Assembly (NCBI GenBank): GCA_013540605.1
Contig: JABVCK010000029.1
Coordinates: 257,022-321,021, forward strand
Origin: Bacillota bacterium
Lineage (GTDB): Bacteria; Bacillota; Clostridia; Ch29
Direction of reading: 5' to 3'
Length of the DNA: 64,000 bases
The position numbers were made by a program, and so were the translations under genes. Positions 60,366 through 64,000 of this stretch are shown here, one piece after another. Below the pieces are notes generated by a model. It was not told the DNA's origin. It saw nothing but the letters and a program-made list of their open reading frames with translations, and did no database searches. The stretch's first letter is position 1, and each line of letters opens with the position of its first letter.

Positions 60366-61601
60366 TTGAAAAGTATGAAGCTTACAACCAAAATCCTTAT
60401 CGGATTGATTGCAGGTATCGTTGTAGGTCTTTTGCTTGGAGGTAATCCTGGAGTAGCCGACAGCTACATCAAACCCTTTGGAACCTTGTTCCTGAGAATG
60501 ATTAAATTGATAATCGTTCCTCTAGTGCTGTCCTCATTGGTGGTAGGCGCTGCCAGCATGGGTGATGTGAAAAAGCTGGGGAGAATCGGGGGCAAGACAA
60601 TCGCTTACTATTTAATAACCACTGCAATAGCGGTAATAATCGGACTTATACTTGGTAATCTGATAGTTCCCGGTGCAGGCTTGAGCATACCGGTTGATGC
60701 TACGGTTCAGGCACAGGCTGCGCCAAAGGTTGTGGACACCCTGTTGAATATTATACCGGATAATCCATTATCTTCTTTGGTACAGGGTAATATGCTACAG
60801 ATAATTGCCTTTGCGTTGTTCCTGGGCATAGGCATCACGCTTGTAGGGGAGAAAGGAAAGCCATTTCTCAGCTTTTTTGACAGCATGGCAGAGGTCATGT
60901 ACAAGATAACAGCTGTGGTCATGTCCTACGCACCCATCGGGGTATTCGCCCTGATTACACCGGTAGTAGCAGCTAACGGACCTACTGTTCTGCTGCCCTT
61001 GGCTAAGGTTATTGCGGCGGTGTACATTGGATGTATCCTGCATGCAGCCATTATGTACTCCTCTATGGTAAAGGCCTTTGCGAAGATGAATCCTATCACA
61101 TTCTTTAAGGGAGCCTTACCGGCCAGCACGGTTGCATTTAGTACCTGCAGCAGTTCGGGAACCCTGCCGGTGACATTAAAGTGCGCCCAGGAAAACCTCG
61201 GGGTATCCGAAAGCGTTTCCAGCTTTGTGCTGCCGCTGGGCGCCACGATAAACATGGACGGTACAGCACTGTACCAGGGTGTATGTGCGCTGTTTGTAGC
61301 TCAGGTATACGGCCTTGAGCTATCATTAGCTCAGCAGTTGACAATCGTGCTGACTGCTACCCTGGCTTCGATAGGAACAGCCGGGGTACCCGGCGCCGGC
61401 TTCATAATGCTGACAATGGTACTCCAGGCGGTTGGACTGCCCCTGGAAGGGTCGGTTCTGATAGCGGGAATTGACCGGGTGCTTGATATGGCGCGAACTT
61501 CGATTAACGTTACGGGAGACATTTCAGCTGCGGTCGTAATAGCCGCCACCGAAAATGAATTAAGTACGCCCCAGGATGCGAAGCAGACGATCAGTGCCTG
61601 A
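60366..61601 (+). CDS. Dicarboxylate/amino acid:cation symporter (GltP/GltT family)
   Basis: FSTCSSSGTLP, LGATINMDG, GTAGVPG, LDMARTSINVTGD. Confidence 0.95.
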   Translation: MKSMKLTTKILIGLIAGIVVGLLLGGNPGVADSYIKPFGTLFLRMIKLIIVPLVLSSLVVGAASMGDVKKLGRIGGKTIAYYLITTAIAVIIGLILGNLIVPGAGLSIPVDATVQAQAAPKVVDTLLNIIPDNPLSSLVQGNMLQIIAFALFLGIGITLVGEKGKPFLSFFDSMAEVMYKITAVVMSYAPIGVFALITPVVAANGPTVLLPLAKVIAAVYIGCILHAAIMYSSMVKAFAKMNPITFFKGALPASTVAFSTCSSSGTLPVTLKCAQENLGVSESVSSFVLPLGATINMDGTALYQGVCALFVAQVYGLELSLAQQLTIVLTATLASIGTAGVPGAGFIMLTMVLQAVGLPLEGSVLIAGIDRVLDMARTSINVTGDISAAVVIAATENELSTPQDAKQTISA

Positions 61602-61675
61602 TTTTGGACGGCAAATTATAGTATCTGAAGAAGCCCGAGCATTCGGGCTTCTTATTTATAAAGGAGAGTGTTCGT

Positions 61676-62362
61676 ATGGCAAAGACCGTTGGGGTGATAG
61701 GCGGTATGGGACCCATGGCCACCCTGGATTTTTACCGCAAGATTATAAAAAATACCAAGGCGGACAGTGATCAGGGACATATACATGTGCTTATCGACAG
61801 CAATCCAAAGATACCGGATAGAACGGCATTTATTCTTGGCAAGGGAGAAAGCCCTTTGGATGAAATCGTGGCATCCGCTGTAAGACTTCAAGCAGCGGGA
61901 TGTGACTTGCTGGCGATGCCGTGCAATACCGCCCACTATTTCTATGACGATATCGTTGAGCATATCGGTATTCCGCTGATTAACATGGTGGAAGAGGTTG
62001 CCGGACATGTGTCGGCATGTTATGGAAAGGCGGCGAAAATTGGGCTGCTTGCTACTATAGGAACATATGAAGCAGGAGTTTATGAAAAGTATTTTAAGAA
62101 ATATGATATTGATATTATTGTCCCGGATGATACCGGAAAACGTGAGGTTTTCAGTGCAATATACGGGGTGAAAAATGGCGCGGGAGACGTTCCGGTTGAC
62201 GGAGTCTGTGATGTGGTAAACAGTTTAGTTCAAAATGGGGTTGATGGCATTGTACTGGGATGTACAGAGCTTCCTCTTCTTGTTGAAAAATTTCCTTCGG
62301 GAATCCGATATATCGATGCAACTGAAATTCTTGCATTGAAAGTAATACAAATGTCTTGTTGA
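61676..62362 (+). CDS. Aspartate/glutamate racemase-family protein
   Basis: GGMGPMAT, PCNTAH, LGCTELP. Confidence 0.92.
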   Translation: MAKTVGVIGGMGPMATLDFYRKIIKNTKADSDQGHIHVLIDSNPKIPDRTAFILGKGESPLDEIVASAVRLQAAGCDLLAMPCNTAHYFYDDIVEHIGIPLINMVEEVAGHVSACYGKAAKIGLLATIGTYEAGVYEKYFKKYDIDIIVPDDTGKREVFSAIYGVKNGAGDVPVDGVCDVVNSLVQNGVDGIVLGCTELPLLVEKFPSGIRYIDATEILALKVIQMSC

Positions 62363-62370
62363 AAAGAAAA

Positions 62371-62390
62371 GGTGTGTCCCCTTACATTAA
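62371..62390 (+). repeat. GGGGACA-type dispersed repeat copy
   Basis: Identical to 48092-48111 (20/20). Confidence 0.8.
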
Positions 62391-62466
62391 AAACTAATTT
62401 GTGGTAGAATTATGTCGTTATATTAAATAGCCAAGGTAAATAAACAAGAGGAGGTAATTCAGGTAA

Positions 62467-63864
62467 ATGACCAGAGTAAAGATTACAGAAACCATATTCA
62501 GAGATGCGCACCAATCACTCATTGCCACCAGGATGACAACAGACGAAATGCTGCCGATAGCAGAAAAGATTGATAAGATAGGATACCATTCGATAGAGAT
62601 GTGGGGAGGAGCGACGTTTGACGCCAGCCTTAGATTTTTAAACGAGGACCCCTGGGAACGGCTTAGAAAAATCAAGAACAAAATGAAGAATACTCCCCTT
62701 CAGATGCTGTTAAGGGGTCAGAATATACTTGGATATAAGCATTATGCCGATGATGTTGTTGAAGAATTTGTAAAGCGGGCAATCTATAATGGTATAGACA
62801 TAGTCAGGATATTTGACGCCTTGAACGATGTGAGGAACCTGCAGAAGGCCATGGAGGTTACCGTAAAGGAAGGCGCCCATGCCCAGGGAGCAATAAGCTA
62901 CACAATCAGCCCGGTTCACACCACAGAGGTTTATGTGAAGCTAGCAAAAGAGATGGTGGAGATGGGGGCCGGATCAATATGCATCAAGGATATGTCAGGA
63001 CTATTAACCCCGTATTACGCCTTTGAACTGGTAAAAGCTTTGAAGGAAGCGGTTACAGTGCCGATACAACTGCATTCCCACTGTACAAGCGGGCTGGCGC
63101 CAATGACATATATTAAAGCTATAGAAGCCGGAGTGGATGTTGTGGACACTTCACTTTCACCCTTTGGTTCCGGGACGGCGCAGCCTCCTACAGAACCCCT
63201 TGTAGCTGCTTTGCAGGGTACTCCCAACGACACCGGATTGGATATGAACCTCCTCAACGAGATTGCAGAGTATTTCAAGCCGATAAAAGAAAAATACATA
63301 GATAACGGCATGCTGAATCCGAAGGTGCTGTCAGTAGACATAAACACACTGGTATACCAGGTACCCGGAGGAATGCTGTCCAATCTGGTCTCACAGCTGA
63401 AAATGCAGAACGCTCTTGATAAATACGATGAGGTGTTGAATGAAATTCCCAAGGTAAGGGAAGACCTGGGTTATCCACCGCTGGTTACACCCACCAGTCA
63501 GATAGTGGGAACCCAGGCGGTTATGAACGTATTGAGCGGAGAAAGATATAAAATGATACCCGTCGAAGTTAAGAACTATGTCAAGGGGCTTTACGGGAGG
63601 CCGACCGTGCCGATAGCAGAGGACATCAAAAAGAAGATTATCGGGGATGAAGAGGTAATAGACCACAGGCCCGCGGATGATATCCCACCGCAGCTTGAGG
63701 AACTGAGAAACGAGATTAAAGAATATATTGAACAGGAAGAAGATGTTTTATCCTACGCATTGTTCCCGCAGGTAGCAATAAAGTATTTTGAGTACAGGCG
63801 GGCGCAGAAATACAAGATAGACAGCGAACTGGTAAATCTTCAGGACAGGACACATCCCGTATAA
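62467..63864 (+). CDS. Oxaloacetate decarboxylase alpha / carboxyltransferase subunit (no biotin-carrier domain)
   Basis: RDAHQSLIATR, WGGATFD, LLRGQN, IKDMSG, GYPPLVTPTSQIVG. Confidence 0.92.
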   Translation: MTRVKITETIFRDAHQSLIATRMTTDEMLPIAEKIDKIGYHSIEMWGGATFDASLRFLNEDPWERLRKIKNKMKNTPLQMLLRGQNILGYKHYADDVVEEFVKRAIYNGIDIVRIFDALNDVRNLQKAMEVTVKEGAHAQGAISYTISPVHTTEVYVKLAKEMVEMGAGSICIKDMSGLLTPYYAFELVKALKEAVTVPIQLHSHCTSGLAPMTYIKAIEAGVDVVDTSLSPFGSGTAQPPTEPLVAALQGTPNDTGLDMNLLNEIAEYFKPIKEKYIDNGMLNPKVLSVDINTLVYQVPGGMLSNLVSQLKMQNALDKYDEVLNEIPKVREDLGYPPLVTPTSQIVGTQAVMNVLSGERYKMIPVEVKNYVKGLYGRPTVPIAEDIKKKIIGDEEVIDHRPADDIPPQLEELRNEIKEYIEQEEDVLSYALFPQVAIKYFEYRRAQKYKIDSELVNLQDRTHPV

Positions 63865-63871
63865 GGCAAAC

Positions 63872-63899
63872 TAACCCCGGTGCCATGGCACCGGGGTTA
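63872..63899. terminator. Perfect 28-bp palindrome, probable bidirectional terminator
   Basis: TAACCCCGGTGCCA|TGGCACCGGGGTTA. Confidence 0.7.
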
Positions 63900-63909
63900 T
63901 GACTGCACT

Positions 63910-63999
63910 CTAGCAGCTCTCGTGCAGATAAACCTTGTTCACCCTGTTGGTGATGTATTTGATTATCTTGGCTCCGCTGCCCGGCTGTATTCTGCTGCC
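63910..63999 (-). CDS. 3' end of a convergent gene that runs out of the window
   Basis: Open frame ...GSRIQPGSGAKIIKYITNRVNKVYLHESC* ending just before the palindrome. Confidence 0.4.
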   Translation of the reverse strand, partial: GSRIQPGSGAKIIKYITNRVNKVYLHESC

Positions 64000-64000
64000 G

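Overview
Chromosomal segment of a spore-forming Clostridia-type Firmicute. The conserved backbone is tlyA-ppnK-argR-recN-spoIVB-spo0A, then steA/steB-GT2-GT4-DUF3866-nudF-spoIIM-ald-xerD-deoB-pdp-dacF-tRNA nucleotidyltransferase-trpS-scpAB-ytfIJ-dacB-rluB-speE-speB-methyltransferase-symporter-racemase-oadA-like. It is interrupted by a ~27 kb variable block (about 6.4-33.3 kb). That block holds an IS1380-like remnant inserted in a decayed, non-canonical poly-gamma-glutamate locus: pgsB 3' half, a mini CapA/PgsA-like anchor peptide, an apparently catalytically dead secreted PghP-fold protein, and a convergent intact PghP-like hydrolase. It also holds an IS1634-family element with a ~105 bp target duplication, a T-box-controlled type-2 valS, AlaX, a BMP ABC transporter, glnS and a stand-alone Cas11b-like small gene with no other cas genes in the window. 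Features missed by the ORF track include a 43-aa MciZ-like gene, a 32-aa membrane peptide, four polar heptamer-array elements (two share a ~50 bp core) and a GGGGACA-type REP-like repeat family. All protein-family assignments come from motif recognition by eye, with no database searches.
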